Below are positions 39,701-48,218 of a stretch of 64,000 nt of DNA, piece by piece. The notes under the pieces were generated by a model that searched no databases, had not been told where the DNA came from, and was given only the letters and a program-made list of their open reading frames with translations. The DNA is from a virus: positions 1 to 64,000 of IMG/VR virus record IMGVR_UViG_3300020057_000029, one strand, 5' to 3'. Numbering within the stretch: the first letter of the stretch is position 1; each line of letters starts with the position of its first letter. The translations under genes and the position numbers were made by a program.

Positions 39701-40252
39701 GCTCCTCAACGTACACAAATCGTATTCGACACGAATGCCCAGTCTTCTAAGATCAACGAAGCAGCTGGCGTACAACTGATTTCTGTTAACAAGATGGATT
39801 TTAACACCCTTATAAAGAAAGGCCTGGACAGTTATAGATACGATACAGGTCTAATCGGTGAGGCCAATAGAATTGTCTACGGTGACCCTAGAGATTCCAC
39901 TACGTATCCAGGTTCTGGTGCAGCTGGTGCCGAGATATTTGTTCGCGAACCTCTCGACCGACGAATTCAAGTTTCTATCAATATTAGAATTGCCACCGGA
40001 GCCCCTTTTGCTCAGCTTGCAGAACAGGTAAGAACTAACGTAAGCTCTCTTATCAACTCTAATAAAATTGGTGTTCCTATCGACTTTAGCTCTATCGTTA
40101 GTGTTGTGAAAGCAGTTCCAGGCGTAGTTTCAGTAGCTATCAGCAGCCCGCAATACGATTCTACTCACGATATTATCTTCATTGCTCCAGGCGAAAAAGC
40201 CAGAATCCTCGATCCAGGACTAGATATTGGCGTGTCTCAGATTGGAACTTAA
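33707..40252 (+). CDS. Very large baseplate J-like wedge protein
   Basis: ATG..L..LA, G.D.ETDDQLR.R, C-terminal IG......IV..V..VPGV.SV. Confidence 0.8.
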   Translation: MSDLPNPKSYEAVLADMLSTYATKQGINDFNVGSAVTSFFETVALATVRASGDVFQILRDFSVDRATGDTLKRLAIENRVAPVTAKPATGQVTVTDTGFTKKSTKIYAGAMSPNIGSTSIKVSDTTAWTATGSIYIGRGTPNIEGPIPYVSIAPSGSFFVINLSVPTTKFHNVGETVILAQGGNRSIPVNSIAVSPAVGSSSDLQFAVTTAAIILDGEVSVGNVQVASLTPGADGNVPRGAIKQFSNPPFAGAAVTNTLPFITGKDSETDDQLRVRIKRAIESRGLGTATAVKNSVIGAAPSDEDATIVSSDILSNSDGAILYIDDGSGYEAKNTGVGLEAIVNSAIGGEQFFQLSTGGRQTSVTKAFLISTLSAPFDIIDGDTLALIVGETTYQHVFTSSDFRSPGGVTANEVTASVNANPELGFEATTSGGGLYVVFRSKTEGSDNIKISTPTTSGRDASVQLGLSENEIQTLRLYKNKIPLNKDGKTASVFTQEQSLWSPTIVTGDTLILLVDGTAAITYTVYDADFIATGLYTSVSSANSLDSWAEVLTAKLTGVTVSVVGQRLRITSNLGSNNRAEVVIDGASSLVTKGMLSSLTGLSAQGKASDFILSRNTAQIELAVPLVAGDVLEAGTTQTEARIQSLEIPGGSVAFSADAHIWLLIDNPGEIIVTGVAGNTIIDVTKPATNTVRYVTTIPSAFDNVVVGDYIIIWSEELNINNRLEGRVHAKTGTTLDIVVTAAEWAAAVAESGILFSEGFVILRSTLAPQKFRITLGPKTLDDITQELQDQTNSLIFSVLEDRYIVVRSRTKNTNGYVLVVTADLEGKLLNLPANTSNTSKDSLIAFYDSRTREGQLPRFVHSSFAAGSAANPPDSFTASVTSNISFAGRDPNELICELHPYGAIPDSQPYGECAQVKSIAGPVVTIAEQALIRRMRIDDRFFIANPLDFGFSDTAVVVLDNDTTAKSFEMPFYRRAVTNTSFANNPSSFNAYDVDAGPVVNFASSFGPGFDFQQFKVLMQAKKVLKHALPETALLYRSARWGRSGEKITVGYDYPGGPNALVTSNIDVSNSVDIRIVLASGAAIASAVDGSTEWDITVTPNTPIAGVDQVTYTWTGLGTNPSITLSGGEYVNITNQTEFDEANIGIFRISSEVGFTPTPTSFSVQRPTAAAVAESNKSTLVPGAISFYASASTTAADVKAYVDTDLALYVTATIVNDGGTSGSGVFVESTYEDSGFSYDRVSLLDGINWIASNDLSVSPQFTFKKPLDLSSDVGYAFNSSEEVRLVPTTHEQVKRLLSVLAVTGFTTVGTIGTTERASRLELATQILGSKGAVQIIGGLANKYEVPVLDIATRLNNTVMSVSADRVSAQGVHSDQWFRLEATVKQRKETLLSSNSGVTIIGNSPASGKSTVMFNNRELNQRYFGKPRHHVRSRGNTFRVEKQGNLVCISWNLVGTSPDFLLSAVDFNDAGGGTLNVSKVTGGNDVEYIVLTGNANFNGLSIGDLVTVANMPDPDNNGTFLVTGVSSNGKTLRVLNSASVNEFSSGTFTFSANSTAGDQFTIGITNLIAGTNFAIGATAADTAANLSAVIGTVPGANSTVNGLVVTVTANAPSSTLALAYSGTLVVTVSGASIVGQSFNASDFSASTEVSEGDTLIMSNPFAVLNQGKFLVIRRYDDSIWIENPNVVEEEVTLPANLISLGFDATTSFKVNATNHTQYLNWNGVGLEPSLGNAKVGDVVRFGTDFAVANQGNFMVISAGAKKQQIERFVMPTGAQFTIGGPGKYFLLNSAGDVNQYYVWFNINGSNSDPAPGGLTPVLAAILSGDSSAQVAAKTALAITGTSDISATSLNNEVTSTTSGFQETTAASNFNVPAPFTAALVQAGKRSFLEATNPSAVNEAAVFVIGSVLEDHRPQMQFLEIEASVFGDKVVATGDTLTLSNAGSWVIDEVIDRNTAVVIGTMANVDNASLNNRESSVFVEEAAFYFGYKHVLLVSAQAGAPQRTQIVFDTNAQSSKINEAAGVQLISVNKMDFNTLIKKGLDSYRYDTGLIGEANRIVYGDPRDSTTYPGSGAAGAEIFVREPLDRRIQVSINIRIATGAPFAQLAEQVRTNVSSLINSNKIGVPIDFSSIVSVVKAVPGVVSVAISSPQYDSTHDIIFIAPGEKARILDPGLDIGVSQIGT

Positions 40253-40255
40253 CAA

Positions 40256-41875
40256 ATGGCAATAACAACTCCAGAAGAACAGTACAAAAGACTGCGCTCA
40301 TATTTAAACCCTGCTATTAAGGGCAAAAGTGTAGATGCTGTCCTCGACGCCTTGGCTGTAGGCAATGCTGCCCACTTGATCAACAACGTTCGCGCAGTAA
40401 ATGACCAACTTTATATCGCCACGGCCTCAGGTCGTTATCTGGATGAGCGCTTGGCAGATGCTAACATTTCTCGTCCACCCGCCGTAGGTCTTTCAGACGA
40501 AGTATTCCGGCAAATCGGTATTGAAGTAAAGAACCGTAAACAGATTCGTGATCTGATAAACAATCTCTTGAGTGCCATTTTTGGAGATGAATTTGTTCGC
40601 GCAAGTTCCTCTGCTCGTGCATTTGCGCCGTACAATCTTCAAGATGGCGATACTTTTCTGATCAATTTTGATGAAAAAACCGATGCTATTATCACTTTTA
40701 ACACTGGTGAATTTCAAAACATAGCAGCGGCTTCAGCCCAGGAAGTAGCAGATGCTATTACCAAAGAGCTGCGCTCAGCCGGTCTTACTGGCACTGCTGT
40801 TGCAAAAGACGATGGTAATGGCCCCTATACCCAAATCTTTTCTGATACTATTGGTCCAGCGTCTTCCGTAACCATTAAAGGCGGTCGCGCTCAGAATGAG
40901 CTTCTTTTTGATTCTACTGTGGCAGCTGGTGGAAACATGTCTACTCAATGGACCCTATCCCTCCAGCCAGGCGGTAACATTCGCTTTACATGGACTGGTG
41001 GAGCCAATCCACAGCTGGGCAAGGTTACTCCAAACGATTATGTGAACGTATTCGGCGGCGGGTTTTCCGCTTCTGCAAACGAAGGCAGCTATACAATTAT
41101 TGCCTCACGCGGAGGCGCAGTTGGTGTGCAGTATTTTGAGGTTTTCAATCCTTTGGGTACAACTGGAATTGTGGTTCAAGGAATCAATGATGCTGTTTTG
41201 TTCTTCAGGGCCGTGAAGAAAACCCTTTCTTCTTTACTCTCCTATGCTGCCGCATATCAAACACAGTCTAAGGTCTTACAGGTATTTTTACCTGCTGCTA
41301 CCAAGGTGGTACGTCGCGACCGTAGAGGTTCTTCTCACTTGCACGATCCTTCTGATCCCGTTTCTTTGCTTCCCAATCAGGAAGGCCCTTATGCCTATGA
41401 TCTAACCCAGCCTTTCACCGTAAGCCATATTGGAACATTGTTAACTCAGGATTTAGACGGATCTGTTTCCAGAGTTGTTAGTGTAGCAAATGCCTCTGCG
41501 TTCCCAGACGAACAAGGAAATTTAATCTTAGGGTACGGCACTAGCCACCAAGAAGGCCCTGTACCTTACATTGCCCGTCCTTCTTCTACCACACTGTTGA
41601 TCAGTCCTGCCTACAACGTTAAAAAGTTTCACCCAAACGGAACAGACGTTGCCTTGGTTTCTCAGAAGACCGCTTCTGATATCAGCAGTGATGGTTATGA
41701 TTACCCATTTTATATTACCGATGTAGTAGCAGGACGTATTTACGCTCAGGATCTGATCAAGAGCGTGGCTGCAACTGGTATCACTATTATCTTTACCGTA
41801 CTGTATCCATCAGATATTGGGCTCGGCAAGTGGGGTACGCAATATAGCGAAAACCCCCAAATTTGGGGGGAATAA
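40256..41875 (+). CDS. Baseplate wedge protein (gpI-like)
   Basis: TASGRYLD...RP...LSDEVFR; follows the J-like gene. Confidence 0.65.
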   Translation: MAITTPEEQYKRLRSYLNPAIKGKSVDAVLDALAVGNAAHLINNVRAVNDQLYIATASGRYLDERLADANISRPPAVGLSDEVFRQIGIEVKNRKQIRDLINNLLSAIFGDEFVRASSSARAFAPYNLQDGDTFLINFDEKTDAIITFNTGEFQNIAAASAQEVADAITKELRSAGLTGTAVAKDDGNGPYTQIFSDTIGPASSVTIKGGRAQNELLFDSTVAAGGNMSTQWTLSLQPGGNIRFTWTGGANPQLGKVTPNDYVNVFGGGFSASANEGSYTIIASRGGAVGVQYFEVFNPLGTTGIVVQGINDAVLFFRAVKKTLSSLLSYAAAYQTQSKVLQVFLPAATKVVRRDRRGSSHLHDPSDPVSLLPNQEGPYAYDLTQPFTVSHIGTLLTQDLDGSVSRVVSVANASAFPDEQGNLILGYGTSHQEGPVPYIARPSSTTLLISPAYNVKKFHPNGTDVALVSQKTASDISSDGYDYPFYITDVVAGRIYAQDLIKSVAATGITIIFTVLYPSDIGLGKWGTQYSENPQIWGE

Positions 41876-42303
41876 TGGCTGCACCAATAATTCTAGCTGG
41901 GGCACATATAAAATTATACCTAAACAACAAGCTGTATAAAGTTGCTCAAAGCGTTTCTTTTACCGTCGATTACGACGAAACCGCTATTTATGGTATTGAT
42001 TCCATGTATGCTCAAGAAATTTGCGCTAACAGAATTTCAGTAAGCGGTAACGTGAGTGGTTTACGTGTTAGGCAAAGCGGTGGACTGCAGGCGCAAGAGC
42101 TTCGCCCTTTGTTTCAGGATGCTGCCGCCGCACCGTACATATCCCTTCGCGTACAAGACAGGTCAACTGGAGAAGATATTATTTTTATTCCCAATTGCAA
42201 GGTGTCTAACGAAGGCCATACCGCTGCGGTGAGGGGTACTTATAAGCTTAACTTTAGTTTCGTCGGCCAGATCCCACTATTTGCACTAGACAGATCTTCT
42301 TAA
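41875..42303 (+). CDS. Tail tube-like protein
   Basis: 142-aa beta pattern (GA.IKLY...QSVSF...YGID). Confidence 0.6.
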   Translation: MAAPIILAGAHIKLYLNNKLYKVAQSVSFTVDYDETAIYGIDSMYAQEICANRISVSGNVSGLRVRQSGGLQAQELRPLFQDAAAAPYISLRVQDRSTGEDIIFIPNCKVSNEGHTAAVRGTYKLNFSFVGQIPLFALDRSS

Positions 42304-42310
42304 GACTTTT

Positions 42311-42517
42311 TTAGCTTTTTCTTTTGATCGCACGAACGGGTTGAAATTCCATTCCCTGGATATCGCCAACCTTAAACTGACCCTTACTCTTTAAATCAAG
42401 AACGGTAGTTTTTGACAGGTTTTTGTTATTAAAATGCTCTACTAGCATTTCTTCTTTGTCAAAGCCGTCCATCTCAAATCCGAATACATATCCGTCTTTT
42501 AGGATTACGATTACCAT
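42311..42517 (-). CDS. Hypothetical protein
   Basis: TAATG coupling. Confidence 0.55.
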   Translation of the reverse strand: MVIVILKDGYVFGFEMDGFDKEEMLVEHFNNKNLSKTTVLDLKSKGQFKVGDIQGMEFQPVRAIKRKS

Positions 42518-43155
42518 TATTTGTTTCCGTGTTTTGCCTTGATTTGTTCGTTTGCTATCCAAGATTCTATTAGGCTCAAGCTTACGGGCTTATACGCATT
42601 TGCTCTAACGCCCACGTCGTATTGACGATCAGTAGATCGCGGCTTAGTTTTGCCATCGGAATGAATATGCCCGTGAAGGTGGAAGTCTACCGTAAGATCT
42701 TGAGAAGTAAATCGTTGATTCTTATGCTCGCCATGCCAGTTTTCGTTTTCTTTGGCACCTTTCATATTCGCAACGTCTTCTCGAAAGATCCCAGGAAGCG
42801 GACAGTGACTCATGGAAATACGTTTATCTCCAAGGTATATCACAGCAGTATTAAGAACTACGTCAAAACCCACACCGTACATTGAATAGGTGTTCTTGTC
42901 ATGATTACCCAGGATCAAAACTTTGGTGCCGTTAAGCCGTTCAATCACTTTTTTGAGAACATCTCCACTGCCCATACCCATGTCGCCAAGAAAATAGCAA
43001 ACATCTCCATCGCGCACTGATGCGTTGTAATTATTTACCAGCACTCTGTGCATGTGGTTTAGATCTTCGAAAGGTCTTTTGTCATAAATCAATACGTTAG
43101 CATGTCCTACATGCCAATCCGAAGTTATAAATATGTTTTTTCGATGATTGCTCAT
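42517..43155 (-). CDS. Calcineurin-like metallophosphoesterase
   Basis: SDWH, LGD, GNHD, SH, HGHIH. Confidence 0.92.
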   Translation of the reverse strand: MSNHRKNIFITSDWHVGHANVLIYDKRPFEDLNHMHRVLVNNYNASVRDGDVCYFLGDMGMGSGDVLKKVIERLNGTKVLILGNHDKNTYSMYGVGFDVVLNTAVIYLGDKRISMSHCPLPGIFREDVANMKGAKENENWHGEHKNQRFTSQDLTVDFHLHGHIHSDGKTKPRSTDRQYDVGVRANAYKPVSLSLIESWIANEQIKAKHGNK

Positions 43156-43571
43156 TCATTACACTCTAAATGTTCATGTAGTTCTTCTTCAAGATATTTG
43201 CGCACCTTTTTGATATACGCGTGATTTGTAGGTTTGCCAAGGTTTTTCTTGCTAGGAAAATAAGTTCCCGAATTGTAGGCTGCAGATGCCTTGCACCAAT
43301 TCTGATCATATCGGTCTAGCTGGTATTTTAAATATTTTGCTGCTGCGGCGACATTGTTTTTAGGGGTCATCAGTTCTTTTTCAGTACCCTCATATCCGAA
43401 CATTTTTGCGGTATCGGATTTTACCTGGCAAATTCCATAACTTGGGCTGCCACCGTCATTTGGCACCACAACGTTCTTAAGACCGCTCTCATGTGAGCAG
43501 ATTGCCATTAAAAGAGAGATCGGTACGCCTATTTTTTGAGCTGCCAATGTGATAATATTTTCATAAACCAT
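43152..43571 (-). CDS. Lytic transglycosylase (SLT)
   Basis: HESG, GICQV, AAYNSG; AGGAG SD. Confidence 0.9.
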   Translation of the reverse strand: MVYENIITLAAQKIGVPISLLMAICSHESGLKNVVVPNDGGSPSYGICQVKSDTAKMFGYEGTEKELMTPKNNVAAAAKYLKYQLDRYDQNWCKASAAYNSGTYFPSKKNLGKPTNHAYIKKVRKYLEEELHEHLECNE

Positions 43572-43588
43572 GCTTTTCTCCTATTTAA

Positions 43589-43617
43589 ATAGTAGCCTAT
43601 AGTTGGCTGTTAGTCAA
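43589..43617 (-). promoter_or_regulatory. sigma70-type promoter
   Basis: TTGACT-17-TACTAT. Confidence 0.6.
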
Positions 43618-43658
43618 GGCTGAACCCTTCCATCACAATCTTAGAAACAGGAGTGATT

Positions 43659-44474
43659 ATGCCTAATTATCAGTTAAATCAGGTAAACACCGTACTTTTG
43701 CCAGAATTTCAAAATTGGGTAGACGAATACGGCCTGAACTCTGATCGTAAAAACGACGGTGTATCTGGCAATGGAACCCTTTACACTGCCCATTATGCTC
43801 TTGGTCTAAAAATCAAAGGCTTGTTGACTGAGAAAGAACGTAACCGATTAATAGAAGCCGTATCACTTTGCTTTGACGCACCTGGCCTGATTGACCGTTC
43901 TGTTGCTAAGGAGCTCGATTATCAGGCTCATGACGATTATCTTGGCCTCCTAACGCTTGCGATGATATTGGATAAGCCAGAATGGACCCAGCAAGTGCTT
44001 GAGTATGGAAAAAACGTCCGCTGTGACGGAATTGACGAATCCGAGACAGATCCAAAAAAAGCAAAACTGAACAAACTGGCCTTTACCGCTCTGAAGATCT
44101 TGAAATTTGGAAAAGTGAACTGGGTATGGAATAACCGTAACTATGGAAAATTCCACGTATCCTCTTGGCTAGGAAGACGTTTTGATGTAACCGCCACCAT
44201 GAAGCTAGCTGCTGGCAAGGCCATCAACCCAATTCATTGGTTGTACTGGTCTTTTTACATACTTACGGTTGGCGACAAGAGCTCGCACGATTCTTGGATC
44301 TTACGTTTCCACATGGTCACTGCTTGTGAAAGCCGAGGCTTTTTGACCAAATTCGTGATTAAAAAATTCAAGGTTAAAATGGTCAATAAATTCGGTGATT
44401 TTGGGAATTTGCTTGCTCAGTATTTCAATAACCCAGAAAACCCACTCCCTAAGTTTCTAGAGGGCGTCAAATAG
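43659..44474 (+). CDS. Hypothetical helical protein
   Basis: AGGAG SD; AATCTT upstream. Confidence 0.7.
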   Translation: MPNYQLNQVNTVLLPEFQNWVDEYGLNSDRKNDGVSGNGTLYTAHYALGLKIKGLLTEKERNRLIEAVSLCFDAPGLIDRSVAKELDYQAHDDYLGLLTLAMILDKPEWTQQVLEYGKNVRCDGIDESETDPKKAKLNKLAFTALKILKFGKVNWVWNNRNYGKFHVSSWLGRRFDVTATMKLAAGKAINPIHWLYWSFYILTVGDKSSHDSWILRFHMVTACESRGFLTKFVIKKFKVKMVNKFGDFGNLLAQYFNNPENPLPKFLEGVK

Positions 44475-44854
44475 CTATTTCTTAACAATTCCGCGAACAT
44501 GTTTGTTGTACGGCTGTAGCTTGGTTCGATTAGAACAACTCGTACATTTGCGATAATAATGCAATGAATCCAACTTGTTAAGTAACGTTATTTCTAGATA
44601 ACCCTCACCGCATTTAGAACATTGCCATTCGCGCTGTAGAGCTTCTAGGCCTTTGCGTTCTTTTTCCGCAAACGCCTCTTTATCTTCGTTTTCGTAATAT
44701 TTCTGAACAATATCGCGCACATTGGCAGATCTGTCTAAGTCAACTCTTGCTAATTGTTTGCGAAGAAAGCTAACTATTCGTTTTAACTTATCATTTTCGT
44801 GTTGAAGCTTTTGTTCACGGGTATTACCTCTGTTGTCGCGCCTGGATTTGCTCA
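44475..44854 (-). CDS. Coiled-coil + Zn-ribbon protein
   Basis: CSKC...CTSC; GGAGG SD before GTG. Confidence 0.65.
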
Positions 44855-45016
44855 CGCTTACCTCCACTGAGTGTTACAACTAAGATTCATCCTTGATATA
44901 TCATATATGATAAAGACCTATTAGGCAAGGGTTCTTGAAAACCGCGACTTGAGACAATCTTTACTAGAGAAGAAGGCTATCTTAGTTTTATCTAAGACCA
45001 GAACAGGACCAAAATC

Positions 45017-47698
45017 ATGGCAGTAAAAAGACGGGTATCTTGGATTAGCCAGCAAAGAGTTGATGTACCAGACATGCGAGCTCTGGAATCTGCTGCGTCC
45101 AATGATTTCGACGAGTTAGTCAAGGCATTGTTCACTGGCGAAGAAGAAGGCTACATACTACGTGGCTTTGAGCTTTCAATGGCTGGTGCTATTGGGGGTG
45201 CCTCTAGCGCCCTCCAAATGTTCGTTGCTGAAGCAGCTGTTCTCCACACCAGATCTAGCCAGTCTGGAGCCTATCTGGTGGTTCCTGCCGGAACTCCTCC
45301 TGAACCTCTGAATTCTGCGACCAACACTATTGTTGACGGCGCATTTGCTCCAAACGCGATCAATTATGTTGGTCTTGAGTATGAGCGTTTTATTGATGAC
45401 ACTACTTCTGCACAGGTGTATATCTGGAACCCTACTACCGACAGTGAAACTACAAAGGTAGCCCCTCGCGCTCAAATTCTTCGCTATCGCATTAAGATCA
45501 CTGCTTCAACCTGGGCCACAAATGTTTTGCCAATTTGCACTGTAACCACAGATGCTGGCAACAACGTAACGGATATAGGCGACTCACGTCGTGACTTTTT
45601 TCGTCTTGGTACGGCAGGCCGTTCTACCGCAAACCCCTTTTACGTTTATCCCTGGACCGCCCAATCCGAAGGCCGTGTAGAAAACCCTCCTTCCTCGAAT
45701 AGCAACGCTGTCAATCCATTCCATGGTGGTGACAAAATGCTTGGCACATTCAAGGACTGGATGGATGCCGTCATGTCTCAGATTCTTGAGATCAAAGGGA
45801 CCACCTATTGGTACTCCCTTGGCACCTCAGGATCTCTTGCTAGCTTGCGTCAGGATTTGGGTAACACCATTTCAACTGGCGCTGGTATTATTTCACACAG
45901 TGCAGACACCGCAGGCTTGATCAATTGGGATGAAGACATTCATTTCAAAGTGGTTGGTTCACGTCTTGATTACGTTCTTCTTGCTAACCCCTCCTCTATC
46001 GATATCACTCTGAATGACAACCAGGTTGCCTATGTGAATCTGGTGCGCGGCGTTCTTGTAACTCCAAACCTTATTTTTACAAACGGCTCTGCAATTATAA
46101 CTTCAGTTGGTAACGTTGCTTGGACTGCTCCTCTTGCTGCTGGCGACTGGGTAAAAGCTGGTGCGGATACGGATGCTGGCTACTACAAAATCCAAACCGT
46201 AGATTCCCTTTCTCAAATAACCCTGACCGAAAACTTTGGCGGAACTTCTACGGGTGCAGCTGGTGCAAAAGCAAAATACGCTTTTGGCTCATATTCTACT
46301 TCCCCAGCCCCTTCTACTGGTCGTCACATTTTTATCGCAGACCGCGAAGACGTTCCAGAAGGTGAAAATATCTTTTGGTTCCTGCTTCGCGCAGATAACG
46401 GTGGCGTAATACCTAAAGTGTATGTTCGCTTTATTGGCTCCGAGCTAGAACTGGGCGAATCTGAAGAAATCGACGACGGAGTGTCCAGACAGCTCCTTCA
46501 GTATATCGGATCACCTTTAGAATCTGCAAGCAAGCCACAGTATGCCTCTGCACTCAATCCAGGTTCGTTACCAGAGAAGACTACGATTACAACTGGCGAT
46601 GCTACCACGATGGTGTCCAACCAGTATTTTTTCATCAACTCTTCTGCTGACTCTCGCAGATACGCTGTATGGGTGAACAAGGATGGGACCGGTGTTCAGC
46701 CAAATGCCCCATTCGTAAATGCATATGTTGAATGGATTATCAGCACTGGTCAGACTGCTACGCAAACGGCCCAGGCCCTTGCCACTGTTCTTGCTTCAAC
46801 CGATGATGAAGATTTTACTACTGTAGCGGGTATCGCGCAAGTATTGGTAACCAACAAATCTGCTGGTACATGTGCCGATGCTGTAAATTTTAACGTTGGC
46901 GCTCCTTTTGCTGTAACCGTAACACAACAGGGTACTGGTTCAGGCAATTTTGCTATCAATGATGGTGACAGTTTAACCCTTGCTATTAAGAAACTTGACG
47001 AAGCCATTCGCGAAATTTCTTCTCTTCTTGATGAGCCTGGTTATTGCGAATACGTTGACATAGTTGCTTCTGGCGGCGTTCCACCTGCTTCTATCGACGT
47101 TCCTGTTATTTCAGGCGATCTAATTCAATTGCCAGACAATAGTCGTCTTGGCAATTTACCTCAAAAATACACAGTAGGACAAGGCGTTTTAGAACTAGAC
47201 CTAAATGGAATTGAACTCGCCTATGGACGAGATTTTAATGAAGTTGGAGCAGCTGGTACCGCAAGTGACCAAATTGAAATTCTCAGAAGCCTTTTTGCCG
47301 GTGACAGTCTAGGGTTTAAAATTCTAGTCCAAGGTGGCCCAGGCGGCGGCGGCGGCGTAGGCGTACAAGGCCCTCCTGGACCAATGGGCGTACCTGGCAA
47401 TGATGCTATCGGCGGTCCTATTGCTATCAGCACTAAGATTGTTGACTACACAGTGATGACCAGTGACAACATGTTGCGAGCAGACGCTTCTAGTGGAACT
47501 GTAACTTTTAGTCTTCCTCCGGCTGCATCAGCAGTTGGAAATGTGTTCTTTTTAAAGAAAGTAGACGCTTCTGCAAATCCTATGATCGTTGAAGCAGATG
47601 GATCAGAGCTTATCGATGGCTTCAATACTCAACAAACCACAGTTCAATACGAATCTTTCACCATTGTCTCAAACGGCACTGGGTGGGATATTTTCTAA
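45017..47698 (+). CDS. Baseplate/tail-fibre attachment protein with short collagen-like segment
   Basis: GVQGPPGPMGVPG; shares a domain with the J-like protein. Confidence 0.7.
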   Translation: MAVKRRVSWISQQRVDVPDMRALESAASNDFDELVKALFTGEEEGYILRGFELSMAGAIGGASSALQMFVAEAAVLHTRSSQSGAYLVVPAGTPPEPLNSATNTIVDGAFAPNAINYVGLEYERFIDDTTSAQVYIWNPTTDSETTKVAPRAQILRYRIKITASTWATNVLPICTVTTDAGNNVTDIGDSRRDFFRLGTAGRSTANPFYVYPWTAQSEGRVENPPSSNSNAVNPFHGGDKMLGTFKDWMDAVMSQILEIKGTTYWYSLGTSGSLASLRQDLGNTISTGAGIISHSADTAGLINWDEDIHFKVVGSRLDYVLLANPSSIDITLNDNQVAYVNLVRGVLVTPNLIFTNGSAIITSVGNVAWTAPLAAGDWVKAGADTDAGYYKIQTVDSLSQITLTENFGGTSTGAAGAKAKYAFGSYSTSPAPSTGRHIFIADREDVPEGENIFWFLLRADNGGVIPKVYVRFIGSELELGESEEIDDGVSRQLLQYIGSPLESASKPQYASALNPGSLPEKTTITTGDATTMVSNQYFFINSSADSRRYAVWVNKDGTGVQPNAPFVNAYVEWIISTGQTATQTAQALATVLASTDDEDFTTVAGIAQVLVTNKSAGTCADAVNFNVGAPFAVTVTQQGTGSGNFAINDGDSLTLAIKKLDEAIREISSLLDEPGYCEYVDIVASGGVPPASIDVPVISGDLIQLPDNSRLGNLPQKYTVGQGVLELDLNGIELAYGRDFNEVGAAGTASDQIEILRSLFAGDSLGFKILVQGGPGGGGGVGVQGPPGPMGVPGNDAIGGPIAISTKIVDYTVMTSDNMLRADASSGTVTFSLPPAASAVGNVFFLKKVDASANPMIVEADGSELIDGFNTQQTTVQYESFTIVSNGTGWDIF

Positions 47699-47708
47699 GG
47701 AATCAGAT

Positions 47709-48170
47709 ATGAGCTATAGTCCAAATTTTAGAGGAGATACTACAAATGCGACAAGTCGTTCTAGTAGATCTTTGACCTCTAACTACCAAAATGGGTCTGG
47801 TTTCTCTTTAGATCAATGCACCCCAGTAGCAGTGAACTCTTTTGGTCAACTTATTTCGGTAAACGTATCCAGTGTGGCAAATATAAAAGCTTTCTTGGGC
47901 GTAGCTGGAGAAGATCTCCCAAATGCCGCTTTTGGATCAGTCTACGACGGTGGCCGTCTAGAAGAGGTTGATCTGCCAGCTTTTTCTGTTGGCGACGCTC
48001 TTTATGTAGCAAAAGACGGTTTTTTAACCAATGTTACCCCTGAAATCGGCATGGCCGGATTCGTTGCAGGCGATCATATCGTTTTCATTGGTGTTGTTGT
48101 AAAAAACGAATTTAATCCACTTTTAAAAGATTTGAAGATTATGTTTGATACGAAAATAGGTCGGCTGTAA
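47709..48170 (+). CDS. Virion structural protein (cement/fibre-like beta domain)
   Basis: AAGGA SD, ATG 47709; GD.LYV...G.L motif shared with the C-terminus of the next gene. Confidence 0.6.
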   Translation: MSYSPNFRGDTTNATSRSSRSLTSNYQNGSGFSLDQCTPVAVNSFGQLISVNVSSVANIKAFLGVAGEDLPNAAFGSVYDGGRLEEVDLPAFSVGDALYVAKDGFLTNVTPEIGMAGFVAGDHIVFIGVVVKNEFNPLLKDLKIMFDTKIGRL

Positions 48171-48218
48171 GGACTAATCTTAATGGTAACCACAATTTAA
48201 CTGTAAACGGAGCATAAA

